Source: Amoebophrya sp. A120
Lineage: Eukaryota; Protista; Dinoflagellata
Assembly: GCA_905178155.1 (NCBI GenBank)
Contig: CAJINV010000004.1
Coordinates: forward strand, 10,709,655 to 10,773,654
DNA: 64,000 nucleotides
Direction of reading: 5' to 3'
The position numbers were made by a program, and so were the translations under genes. Of this stretch, positions 50,653 to 60,103 are shown piece after piece. Each line of letters opens with the position of its first letter. Position 1 is the first letter of the stretch. The notes below the pieces were generated by a model, which saw only the letters and a list, made by a program, of their open reading frames with translations, was not told the origin of the DNA and searched no databases.

Positions 50653-51201
50653 GAACTTGGATTTGATGCAGCCTCTGCTGCACCCGGTGTGGCCACCTCC
50701 GTGGAGCACTGGAGCACGGCCCGGGCCACCTCTGTGGCCGGGCGGGGGGACGCCTCGCTGCCACCTCTGTGGCACGGGCGTCACGGTGTGGTCCTCGCTG
50801 CGCGCCTCGCTGCTGTAGAACACGTTTGGAAACTGGACTTTGCGAACGCTACAGACCCGGACCTTTTCTCGCCATTGTGAAGGGTGTGACTCACCAGAAA
50901 GCACAGAAATTATTGCAGGCACTCCGGCGGTCCCGACCACCCCAGCAGCGGGCTTTGTGGAAGATTTGTGTTCGGGCGACAAAATCGTTTGTAGAAATCA
51001 GCACGACAAATCGTATCGAAATGAAGTGACTCAATCAGGTACCAGCAGGGCGGAAACGTGCGCCGGGCGCTCCTGCCGCCAGCCAGGTACCTAGGTTAAC
51101 GCATTTAGGTCATCACATTCTAGGTTACGCAGTCAGCATGCGGGCGCGCAACCTCGTGAGGACCGAGATGGGGGGGCCGCCATCTGTGGCCCCATCTTTG
51201 T
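50653..51201 (+). repeat. Internal B1-A2 junction (B1 50653-51055 abutting A2 51056-51201)
   Basis: Right-end sequence ...CAGGGCGGAA is directly joined to left-end sequence ACGTGCGCC... Confidence 0.95.
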
Positions 51202-51925
51202 TGCCCCGTGGCCAGCCCTCGCCTTAGCTAGTTAGGTACAGGTAAGTACATATGTTGATTCATTTTGCCCTCGTGGTCCGAATCGAGCAAGCTTGTCTCC
51301 TCGCAGCCACGTGGCCTCGCCTCCGGCCCTGTGAAAGCTGCAATCCGACGCCGGTCGGAAACAAGCGACTTAGGACTCCCGCGCGGGCAGATTCTTGACC
51401 CGATGCACGGCCCGGGGTCGGGGGACGAGTTTTAACAGAGCGGCTGTGGGACTTTCGCTACGAATCCCGATGGTAGGGTGAAGACCAACGGTCGGAAGCC
51501 TCCCGAGCTGTCCTCTCTGCACTGCCGCCCTGTTTACAGCGACCAACGGCGCGCGCGGACCAATCAGCGTGCGAAGCAGTATGTTTACACACGTTAGCGT
51601 GATCTTCAAAGACTTTTACTGTGTGCTCTGATTCCATGGATGTCCGCGTTGTTGTTGCCCATCCATCCCGATTCATCATGACTTGCATGACAATTCGGCA
51701 GTAGTCCTCATATCTCCCGCACATGTCACTGTCGCTCATGACCTGCGTCAAAATTCGATAGTATTTCGCTCATGACTTGCATCAAAGTTCGATAGTATTT
51801 CCTAGACCTCCCGCACATGTCACCCGCAGTAAGTCGATTTCAGCCAGCATCTGCTTCTTCTTGATCCGCAGTGTCGCGGCCGTGTTTCTCCAAAAAATAC
51901 AGGTATAGTACCAAACTAATCACTC

Positions 51926-54244
51926 ATGGTCCACCCGACTTGCCCGGCCTCCCCGCCAGAAGGCCCGGAGACACCCGCACGGCCGTGCACGCAGCTGGCG
52001 CATGCGATCTACGAGGCGGTGCGCTTTGTGCAAGCGGCGATTGTCATCGATAAAGCGGCCACAAGACTGCGGGACCGGCTCAAGCAGAACATGCGGGACG
52101 CAAAAGCTTCACCGTTTCACTGGAAGGAACGCCTCCGCGCCGCCATCACCGAGCTCAAGGAGGTGCAGGCCCGCACGGAGGGACCAAATAAGCAGCTGGT
52201 GGAGCAAGATGCCCCGCAGCACCTTCGTCCGGTCTTGACCATGGACGGCATCGCCCGCAATGTTCTCGCAATGCGGGAGCTCATCGCCCTCATAGGGCAC
52301 CCGGACGTCGACTTCCCGAGCAGGGTGCTCAAGGGCTTCGAGTCGATAGGCAACACCGACGCAACGGGCCTCTTCCCAGACGACCCGAAGGCCACGCTGC
52401 AAGGACCCGACGACGCCGCGCTCTTCTTCCAGGCCGGGGTAACCCTCCGGACGCACAAGCCTTCCGGTTTCCCCGACCACTTGCTCGATGCCGTATTAGA
52501 CGAGCAAATCGCGTTCGTAAAACGCGGGTGGAGCATCCCGGTGGACCCGGAAAAGCTCATATGCCAGCCGGCATATGTCTTTCCAAAAGACGAGTCCACG
52601 GAAGTGCGGCAGAAGGTGCGCTGCATCGTCGACAGCCGGGCAAAGAACGAGCACTCCGTTCTGCGCGAAAAGATTGCTCTCTATGGTACGAGAGTGCTGC
52701 AGGAAGTGTTGGCGGGGTTAATGGCGCCCATCGGGCAAGAGGGCGCGGCGGCACGCATGCCGGTCACCACAACTTCGCGCGGAGCCAATGCCACCATGCA
52801 AGAAAACCTGGCCGCCTACAAGCAGTGGCAGGCGGACGGGGAACAGCGCAAGCCAGCCACGCGGGCCCAGCTGCTCACCAGCGTCCGCGAGGCCAACGAC
52901 CTCCTGCAAGAGGAGGCCACCCACCACAACGGCGTCGCGGAGGCCGGCTCTGAGGACGTTTCCAAAGCTTACCACCAGCTGGGGGTGAGCAGGCCCGACC
53001 ACTGCCCCATCGGGGTTTGGTCGAACGTGAAGGCGGCCTATGTTTATTTTTTGTCGGTGGTTTTGAGTTTTGGTTGTTTACACTCCGTACCCAACTGGGT
53101 CCGTGCAGCAGAGCTCTGTATGGCGATCGGCATGTACTACGGGTTGATAACAATAATATACGTAGACGATGCTTATTTTTTCGCACTAGATCGCGAAGGC
53201 GCCGAGCTGTCTCGGGCCCTATTCCGGCAGATTGCGGCGACGTTGGGCATCGTCCTCAGCACCAAACCGGGCGCGCAACAGCTCTCAACAGAGGGCAACT
53301 TCCTCCGAGCCCTGGGCATTCACTACCAGTGGCACAGGTCCGCGACCAACACGACCATCCGCATCACGGTGCCGGGGGAAGCGATCACCAAGGGCACCGC
53401 CGCCATTGACGCGCTCTTGCAGGAAATCCACAGCGGTAAGATGGTGCTGAAGTCGGTCCAGCGGGTCCTGGGCCTGGGTAACTACATCGTCTGCAATACG
53501 TACTTCCGGGCGGGCTCGGAGCTTTTCCGGCACCTGTACGACTGGGCGGTGGCGGACCGCTTCGAGAAGATGCGGGGTGACCGCAAACAGCGCCGCCAGC
53601 TGCAATCCGTCCTGCTGGCAGTGAGGTCCCTCCTGCAAGTGGTGGTCCCCATCGACATCTCAAAACAGCCGCGGCAGACTCGCATCGCCTTCATGTGGCT
53701 GGATGCGTCATCCGATGGATCGCCAAGCGGCGGGCCGATGGGGGGTGGGGTCCTCATCACGACTGAGGGCGTATTTGCGTTCTCGTACGAATTCCCGGTG
53801 GACCGGATCGCCCGGTGGTGGCCGCACAAGCTAACCATCGAGCACTACGAAACCATGACGGCCAGAATCGCGCAGATCACCTGGCGCCGCCACCTCACCG
53901 GCGCGGCGGTCTTCGGCAAGATCGATAACAGCGGGGAGCTGTTTGCGCTGGTCAAATGCAGCGCCAAGAGCCAGCTCACCGCCAACCTGGCCGCCAACGT
54001 AGCCGTGGCTGCGCACTCGATGCGCATGACAGTTTGGTGGGAGTATGTGAAAAGTGAGTTGAACATCAGCGACCCGTTCACCCGGGCCGCTCTTATGCCG
54101 GAAGCAGTCCGCACACTGCGGCCCAGCATGTGGCAGGTCCCGGAGATTGACTGGCAGCGGGAGTTTGCCCCGCCACAACTCCCCCAACCTTACGCACTCC
54201 CGGGGGAACGCCCAACGAAGGCGCGCAAGCGCGAGAAGAACTGA
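51926..54244 (+). CDS. Reverse transcriptase / RNase H (DIRS-type)
   Basis: RT motifs KVRCIVDSR, EDVSKAYHQL, LSFGCLHSVPNW, YVDD, LRALG; RNase H motifs WLDAS, HYE, IDNS, LNISDPFTR. Confidence 0.95.
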   Translation: MVHPTCPASPPEGPETPARPCTQLAHAIYEAVRFVQAAIVIDKAATRLRDRLKQNMRDAKASPFHWKERLRAAITELKEVQARTEGPNKQLVEQDAPQHLRPVLTMDGIARNVLAMRELIALIGHPDVDFPSRVLKGFESIGNTDATGLFPDDPKATLQGPDDAALFFQAGVTLRTHKPSGFPDHLLDAVLDEQIAFVKRGWSIPVDPEKLICQPAYVFPKDESTEVRQKVRCIVDSRAKNEHSVLREKIALYGTRVLQEVLAGLMAPIGQEGAAARMPVTTTSRGANATMQENLAAYKQWQADGEQRKPATRAQLLTSVREANDLLQEEATHHNGVAEAGSEDVSKAYHQLGVSRPDHCPIGVWSNVKAAYVYFLSVVLSFGCLHSVPNWVRAAELCMAIGMYYGLITIIYVDDAYFFALDREGAELSRALFRQIAATLGIVLSTKPGAQQLSTEGNFLRALGIHYQWHRSATNTTIRITVPGEAITKGTAAIDALLQEIHSGKMVLKSVQRVLGLGNYIVCNTYFRAGSELFRHLYDWAVADRFEKMRGDRKQRRQLQSVLLAVRSLLQVVVPIDISKQPRQTRIAFMWLDASSDGSPSGGPMGGGVLITTEGVFAFSYEFPVDRIARWWPHKLTIEHYETMTARIAQITWRRHLTGAAVFGKIDNSGELFALVKCSAKSQLTANLAANVAVAAHSMRMTVWWEYVKSELNISDPFTRAALMPEAVRTLRPSMWQVPEIDWQREFAPPQLPQPYALPGERPTKARKREKN

Positions 54245-54459
54245 AGCACGCGAGAAGCGCGTGCTCATCGTAAAACTCGAGTCATGTCCTGACGTCTCTG
54301 ACGCGAATTTTTTTTTTCAGATCTATGTAGCGGCACTTAATTATATCCAGCGGGTGCGTGGAGTCCCTCTTCGCCGGCGCAGTGACCGGCGAGCCACCAA
54401 ACCCGGCCAACCACCGGCACAGGCAACCCGTCACCGCCCGTCGCAACCTCTGTTGTGGT

Positions 54460-54862
54460 GAACTTGGATTTGATGCAGCCTCTGCTGCACCCGGTGTGGC
54501 CACCTCCGTGGAGCACTGGAGCACGGCCCGGGCCACCTCTGTGGCCGGGCGGGGGGACGCCTCGCTGCCACCTCTGTGGCACGGGCGTCACGGTGTGGTC
54601 CTCGCTGCGCGCCTCGCTGCTGTAGAACACGTTTGGAAACTGGACTTTGCGAACGCTACAGACCCGGACCTTTTCTCGCCATTGTGAAGGGTGTGACTCA
54701 CCAGAAAGCACAGAAATTATTGCAGGCACTCCGGCGGTCCCGACCACCCCAGCAGCGGGCTTTGTGGAAGATTTGTGTTCGGGCGACAAAATCGTTTGTA
54801 GAAATCAGCACGACAAATCGTATCGAAATGAAATGACTCAATCAGGTACCAGCAGGGCGGAA
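54460..54862 (+). repeat. Split direct repeat B2 (403 bp)
   Basis: Matches 50653-51055 with one visible mismatch. Confidence 0.95.
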
Positions 54863-55151
54863 GAGGAGGAGGAGGAGGAGGAAGAGGAGGAGGAGGAGGA
54901 GGAGGAGGACCACCACCCCCACCAGGAGGAGGAGGAGGACCACCATCAATATCAGACACAAGCGTCGAACCCGGCGTCGAAGCAGCCACCGTGGCTGTGG
55001 CAGGGGCACCAGCAGCAGAGGTAAATCTTGGCTAGCAAAATTCGATTTAATAAAAGAGATTCGCTCATCATAACTCCCGTCCTTTAGTGCGTCGAGGTAT
55101 ACGCCATAAGGCCGCCTCGCTGGCGCCGTTTTCACTTTTTAGCCTGTTTTG

Positions 55152-55545
55152 TTTGTCATGCACGAACAGCTTCGCGCTCGTCCATGATAAAGGCTTTGAA
55201 CGGAAGTTGAGGCACTTGCCTCAACTTCCAAAAGCGGAGGTTTGTCCTGCACGAACAGCTTCGCGCTCGTCCATGATAAAGGCTTTGAACGGAAGTTGAG
55301 GCACTTGCCTCAACTTCCAAAAGCGGAGGTTTGTCCTGCACGAACAGCTTCGCGCTCGTCCATGATAAAGGCTTTGAACGGAAGTTGAGGCACTTGCCTC
55401 AACTTCCAAAAGCGGAGGTTTGTCCTGCACGAACAGCTTCGCGCTCGTCCATGATAAAGGCTTTGAACGGAAGTTGAGGCACTTGCCTCAACTTCCAAAA
55501 GCGGAGGTTTGTCCTGCACGAACAGCTTCGCGCCCGTCCATGATC
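55152..55545. repeat. 89-bp tandem repeat array 1 (~4.4 near-identical units)
   Basis: Unit contains the hairpin GGAAGTTGAGGCA-CT-TGCCTCAACTTCC; period 89 (55152, 55241, ...). Confidence 0.95.
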
Positions 55546-56574
55546 TGGTAACCAAAGCGTGCGCAAGCGCTCGCAGCGCGAAGGCTTTGCCGTTACCATA
55601 TGGGAGGAACTCCGGGGTATGCAACCAGTCGCAAAACCGGGCATTACTAAGGGTGTTTCGCCTTCAGAAAGCGGATCGGGCAGAATTTGTGGGAATTTTA
55701 CCGAAAGCAGCCAAAAAAACAATTACTAAGCGGGGAGAGCGTAAAAAATAGCAGTTTTGCAGCTCCGCCCGGTCTGATTCTGAAAAAAAAAAGTGGTATT
55801 TTCGGCTAGGGCCGATGGTGTGATGGGTCTTCTAGCGAAAAATGCGTCACGTGCAGGCAGCTCCAGCCGCTTGGAAATTGAAAAAAAGTGCTCAAAAAGT
55901 GCGTTTTTTCGCAGCATGCAAGCGGGCGAAAAAATTTACCGATTTTCCACAGTCCCCGGAAAACGCTTGGAAATTGAAAATGACATTTTTTGCTGAAAGA
56001 GCAAAAGCTGCTTACAAATTGCCGCTCAAAAGAGGTTCGCAAAATTTTCCGCAGGCCCGTACTACCGGGATTGGACGAAGAAAAACCAACTATCAAGCCT
56101 GTGGAGGTGTGTCACACGGGCACGGTTTTCGACCTCTCTGAGGTCGCAAACTGGAACCCTTCCCCCGCTCAGACAAGCCCGATCCGGGTGGCCCAAAAGG
56201 CCAGCCGGAAATGAACAGGAGTGCGCCACTTTTTGAAATTCATGCATTTTACCTGGCCAGCGTGCCCTCGTGCAGAACGTTATGCGGGACGGCCTAGCGG
56301 CCTTCAGAAAAGACTTTTGCCGCAGGGGCGCCTCCTGCTTCGGGTTTCGACGCCTCCCACGCCAAGAGTGCAGACGGCGGTGGTGGGCCGGTTGCGACGT
56401 CGGTGAGTTTTCGTTTCTGATACTCCTTCCAATGATCGAACATGCTCATTGGAATTATGAGCATGTTCTTGACGGACACCAGCAGAGAAAACTACTGCGT
56501 CAGGTTTGTATTGATTTCGATCGTGTACAAGAGCCGCGCCCTCGCAACGTCAAACAATGCAAACAAGAGATTTC

Positions 56575-57590
56575 CTCGTGTTCGTGCATGACAAAGTTCG
56601 TAAACAGAAGTTGAGGCACTTGCCTCAACTTTCAAATTCCGAGATTTGTCATGCACGAGCCCCCTAGTGTTCGTACATGACAAAGTTCGTAAACGGAAGT
56701 TGAGGCACTTGCCTCAACTTCCAAATTCGGAGATTTGTCATGCAGGAGCCTCTTCGTGTTCGTGCATGACAAAGGTCGTGAGCGGAAGTTGAGGCACTTG
56801 CCTCAACTTCCAAAGTCCGAAACTTGTCATGCACGAGCCTCCTCGTGTTCGTGCGCGACAAAGGTCGTGAGCGGAAGTTGAGGCACTTGCCTCAGCTTGC
56901 AAATCCGGAGGTTTGTCATGCACGAGCAGCTTCGCGCTCGTCCATGACAGAGACCGCGAACGGAAGTTGAGGCACTTGCCTTAACTTCCAAAAGCGGACG
57001 CTTGTCATGCGCGAGCAGCTTCGCGCTCGTCCGTGACAAAGACCTCGAACGGAAGTTGAGGCACTTGCCTCAACTTCCAAACTCGGAGGTTTGTCATGCA
57101 CGAACAGCTTTGCGCTCGTCCATGATAAAGCCCTTGAACGGCAGCGGAGCTGGGGCACTTGCCTCAACTTCCAAAAGCGGAGGTTTGTCATGCACGAACA
57201 GCTTCGCGCTCGTCCATGATAAAGGCCTTCAACGGAAGTTGAGGCGCTTGCCTCAACTTCCACAAGCGGAGGTTTGTCATGCGCGAACAGCTTTGCGCTC
57301 GTCCATGATAAAGCCCTTGAACGGAAGCTGAGGCACTTGCCTCAACTTCCAAATTCGGAGATTTGTCATGCAGGAGCCTCTTCGTGTTCGTGCATGACAA
57401 AGGTCATGAACGGAAGCTGAGGCACTTGCCTCAACTTCCCAATTCGAAGGTTTGTCATGCACGGGCCACCTCGTGTTCGTGCATGACAAAGGCCGTGAAC
57501 GGAATTTGAGGCATTTGCCGCAATTTCCAAATTCGGAGGTTTGTCATGGACGACCAACCTCGCGCTCGTACATGACAAAGGCCGTGAATC
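56575..57590. repeat. 89-bp tandem repeat array 2 (~11 diverged units)
   Basis: Same hairpin plus TTGTCATGCACG...CGTGCATGACAA inverted pair. Confidence 0.95.
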
Positions 57591-58731
57591 ACACTTGATA
57601 GCGGGATGCGGGTCCCCTGAGATATGCGGGCTCTGGAGGAGCGCTCCGGGTGCTGCTCCAGGCGTGCTCTGCTGGTGGAGCGCTCCATGCATTCACTACC
57701 GTGCGCTTTCGTTAAAGCAGTTGCCCTGTGTCCAGCTGCAGCGAGCGCGCGCCGCGCGAAGGTGCCGCCAGACACCGGCGGCGGTACTCACACGCCTCTT
57801 ATTTCATACTTACACAGCCCCACACTTAGCAGGTGGGCAAGCTCTAAACATCAGGCGACATTCCTGCCTTGCTCGTGCGCACACGTGCGTAGGCCTCTTG
57901 GCTTTTGCCTTGAGGTTTAGGGTCGGACCGCTCTCAGCACTGCTGAAGCTTTAGAACCAGATGGGAGCGCACGCCCGGACGGATCAGGGCGCAAGGCTTT
58001 ACTAGCGCTTTTTGACCATTAGACTTGCCAAGTCTTTCCTATTTGCTTCCTGTCTTTCCCGGGCCCTGCTGGCACCAAGCAGCTTTTTTGTGGGAAAGGG
58101 GGCGCGATGCCATGTCGCCATTTTATATATACGGAGTTTTGACATTGACACGTGTGTAAGTGTCTTGTTTTTTGTCTGACCCTGGAGTACACAGCATGCG
58201 TATTGCGCGCCCTCCTCAGTACTGACGCGACCTTCCAGCCATCTCTCCTCCAATTCTTCTTCCCCTCCGCCCCCGCTTCACCTCTCCGTCCCGGTTCCGC
58301 TGTCTGTTCCGGAAGGGTTCATGGGTTTAGGGGTTTAGGGTTCTATTTGATCGCAGTATTCCTGCATTTGGTTTTTATTGATTTCGATCGTGTACAAAGG
58401 CCGCGCCCTCGCAACGTCAAACAATGTAAGCAAATGTTTTGAGCCTCCACGACGAAGTGGAAGTGCACAACAGGAACGACAGCCATCCGATGGCGTGCGG
58501 TATTAAAGGGCCTGAGACCTTTGCAGAAGGGTCCAAAGGGATCGCACGTTGATCCGGAAGTCGTAGCGTGAATGCCAATGCAGTATGCTGATGCTCTCGT
58601 CAGCGCGTCACAGACACAATTGCAATCTTCACAAATTATGGTCCACAACAGGCAAAAAGGGCTGCAGATGGAGGCGGTGCAGGATCCGGGGAAGGAGCAG
58701 CAGCAGCAAAATCACTTGGGGTGGAAACGGA

Positions 58732-60103
58732 GATTTTTGCCGCAGGGGCACCTCCTGCTTCGGGTTTCGACGCCTCCCACGCCAAGAGTGCAGACGGCGG
58801 TGGTGGGCCGGTTGCGACGTCGGTGAGTTTTCGTTTCTGATACTCCTTCCAATGATCGAACATGCTCATTGGAATTATGAGCATGTTCTTGACGGACACC
58901 AGCAGAGAAAACTACTGCGTCAGGTTTGTATTGATTTCGATCGTGTACAAGAGCCGCGCCCTCGCAACGTCAAACAATGCAAACAAGAGACTTCCTCGTG
59001 TTCGTGCATGACAAAGTTCGTAAACAGAAGTTGAGGCACTTGCCTCAACTTTCAAATTCCGAGATTTGTCATGCACGAGCCCCCTAGTGTTCGTACATGA
59101 CAAAGTTCGTAAACGGAAGTTGAGGCACTTGCCTCAACTTCCAAATTCGGAGATTTGTCATGCAGGAGCCTCTTCGTGTTCGTGCATGACAAAGGTCGTG
59201 AGCGGAAGTTGAGGCACTTGCCTCAACTTCCAAAGTCCGAAACTTGTCATGCACGAGCCTCCTCGTGTTCGTGCGCGACAAAGGTCGTGAGCGGAAGTTG
59301 AGGCACTTGCCTCAGCTTGCAAATCCGGAGGTTTGTCATGCACGAGCAGCTTCGCGCTCGTCCATGACAGAGACCGCGAACGGAAGTTGAGGCACTTGCC
59401 TTAACTTCCAAAAGCGGACGCTTGTCATGCGCGAGCAGCTTCGCGCTCGTCCGTGACAAAGACCTCGAACGGAAGTTGAGGCACTTGCCTCAACTTCCAA
59501 ACTCGGAGGTTTGTCATGCACGAACAGCTTTGCGCTCGTCCATGATAAAGCCCTTGAACGGCAGCGGAGCTGGGGCACTTGCCTCAACTTCCAAAAGCGG
59601 AGGTTTGTCATGCACGAACAGCTTCGCGCTCGTCCATGATAAAGGCCTTCAACGGAAGTTGAGGCGCTTGCCTCAACTTCCACAAGCGGAGGTTTGTCAT
59701 GCGCGAACAGCTTTGCGCTCGTCCATGATAAAGCCCTTGAACGGAAGCTGAGGCACTTGCCTCAACTTCCAAATTCGGAGATTTGTCATGCAGGAGCCTC
59801 TTCGTGTTCGTGCATGACAAAGGTCATGAACGGAAGCTGAGGCACTTGCCTCAACTTCCCAATTCGAAGGTTTGTCATGCACGGGCCACCTCGTGTTCGT
59901 GCATGACAAAGGCCGTGAACGGAATTTGAGGCATTTGCCGCAATTTCCAAATTCGGAGGTTTGTCATGGACGACCAACCTCGCGCTCGTACATGACAAAG
60001 GCCGTGAATCACACTTGATAGCGGGATGCGGGTCCCCTGAGATATGCGGGCTCTGGAGGAGCGCTCCGGGTGCTGCTCCAGGCGTGCTCTGCTGGTGGAG
60101 CGC
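58732..60103. repeat. Near-identical duplicate of ~56312-57683 (offset 2420), including 89-bp array 3 (58995-60010)
   Basis: The two segments and their ORF translations are repeated at a constant 2420-nt offset. Confidence 0.93.

Larger units (their letters stand above)
44691..54862 (+). mobile_element. Tyrosine-recombinase retrotransposon (DIRS order; PAT/Ngaro/VIPER-like) with split direct repeats
   Basis: Intact gag-like, YR and RT/RNase H ORFs. Repeats: A1 44691-44836, B1 50653-51055, A2 51056-51201, B2 54460-54862. No target-site duplication. Confidence 0.93.
43856..55035 (+). pseudogene. Intronless hypothetical ORF split by the YR retrotransposon (43856-44690 joined to 54863-55035)
   Basis: Joining the flanks restores (GGA)n and an in-frame tail GGG...PPPPPGGGGGPPSISDTSVEPGVEAATVAVAGAPAAEVNLG*. 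Confidence 0.75.

Noticed and set aside
50653-54862. B1/B2 as LTRs of a conventional LTR retrotransposon around the RT ORF
   Set aside because: No TG...CA ends, TSD, protease or DDE integrase; the RT/RH is DIRS-type and the A/B layout fits split direct repeats
58323-58342. Telomere-like TTTAGGG repeats (also ~19809-19828)
   Set aside because: Only 2-3 imperfect units; insufficient for an interstitial telomere call
55152-60010. CRISPR-like array with a 28-bp palindromic repeat
   Set aside because: The intervening 61-bp segments are homologous to each other rather than unique spacers; no cas genes; eukaryotic context
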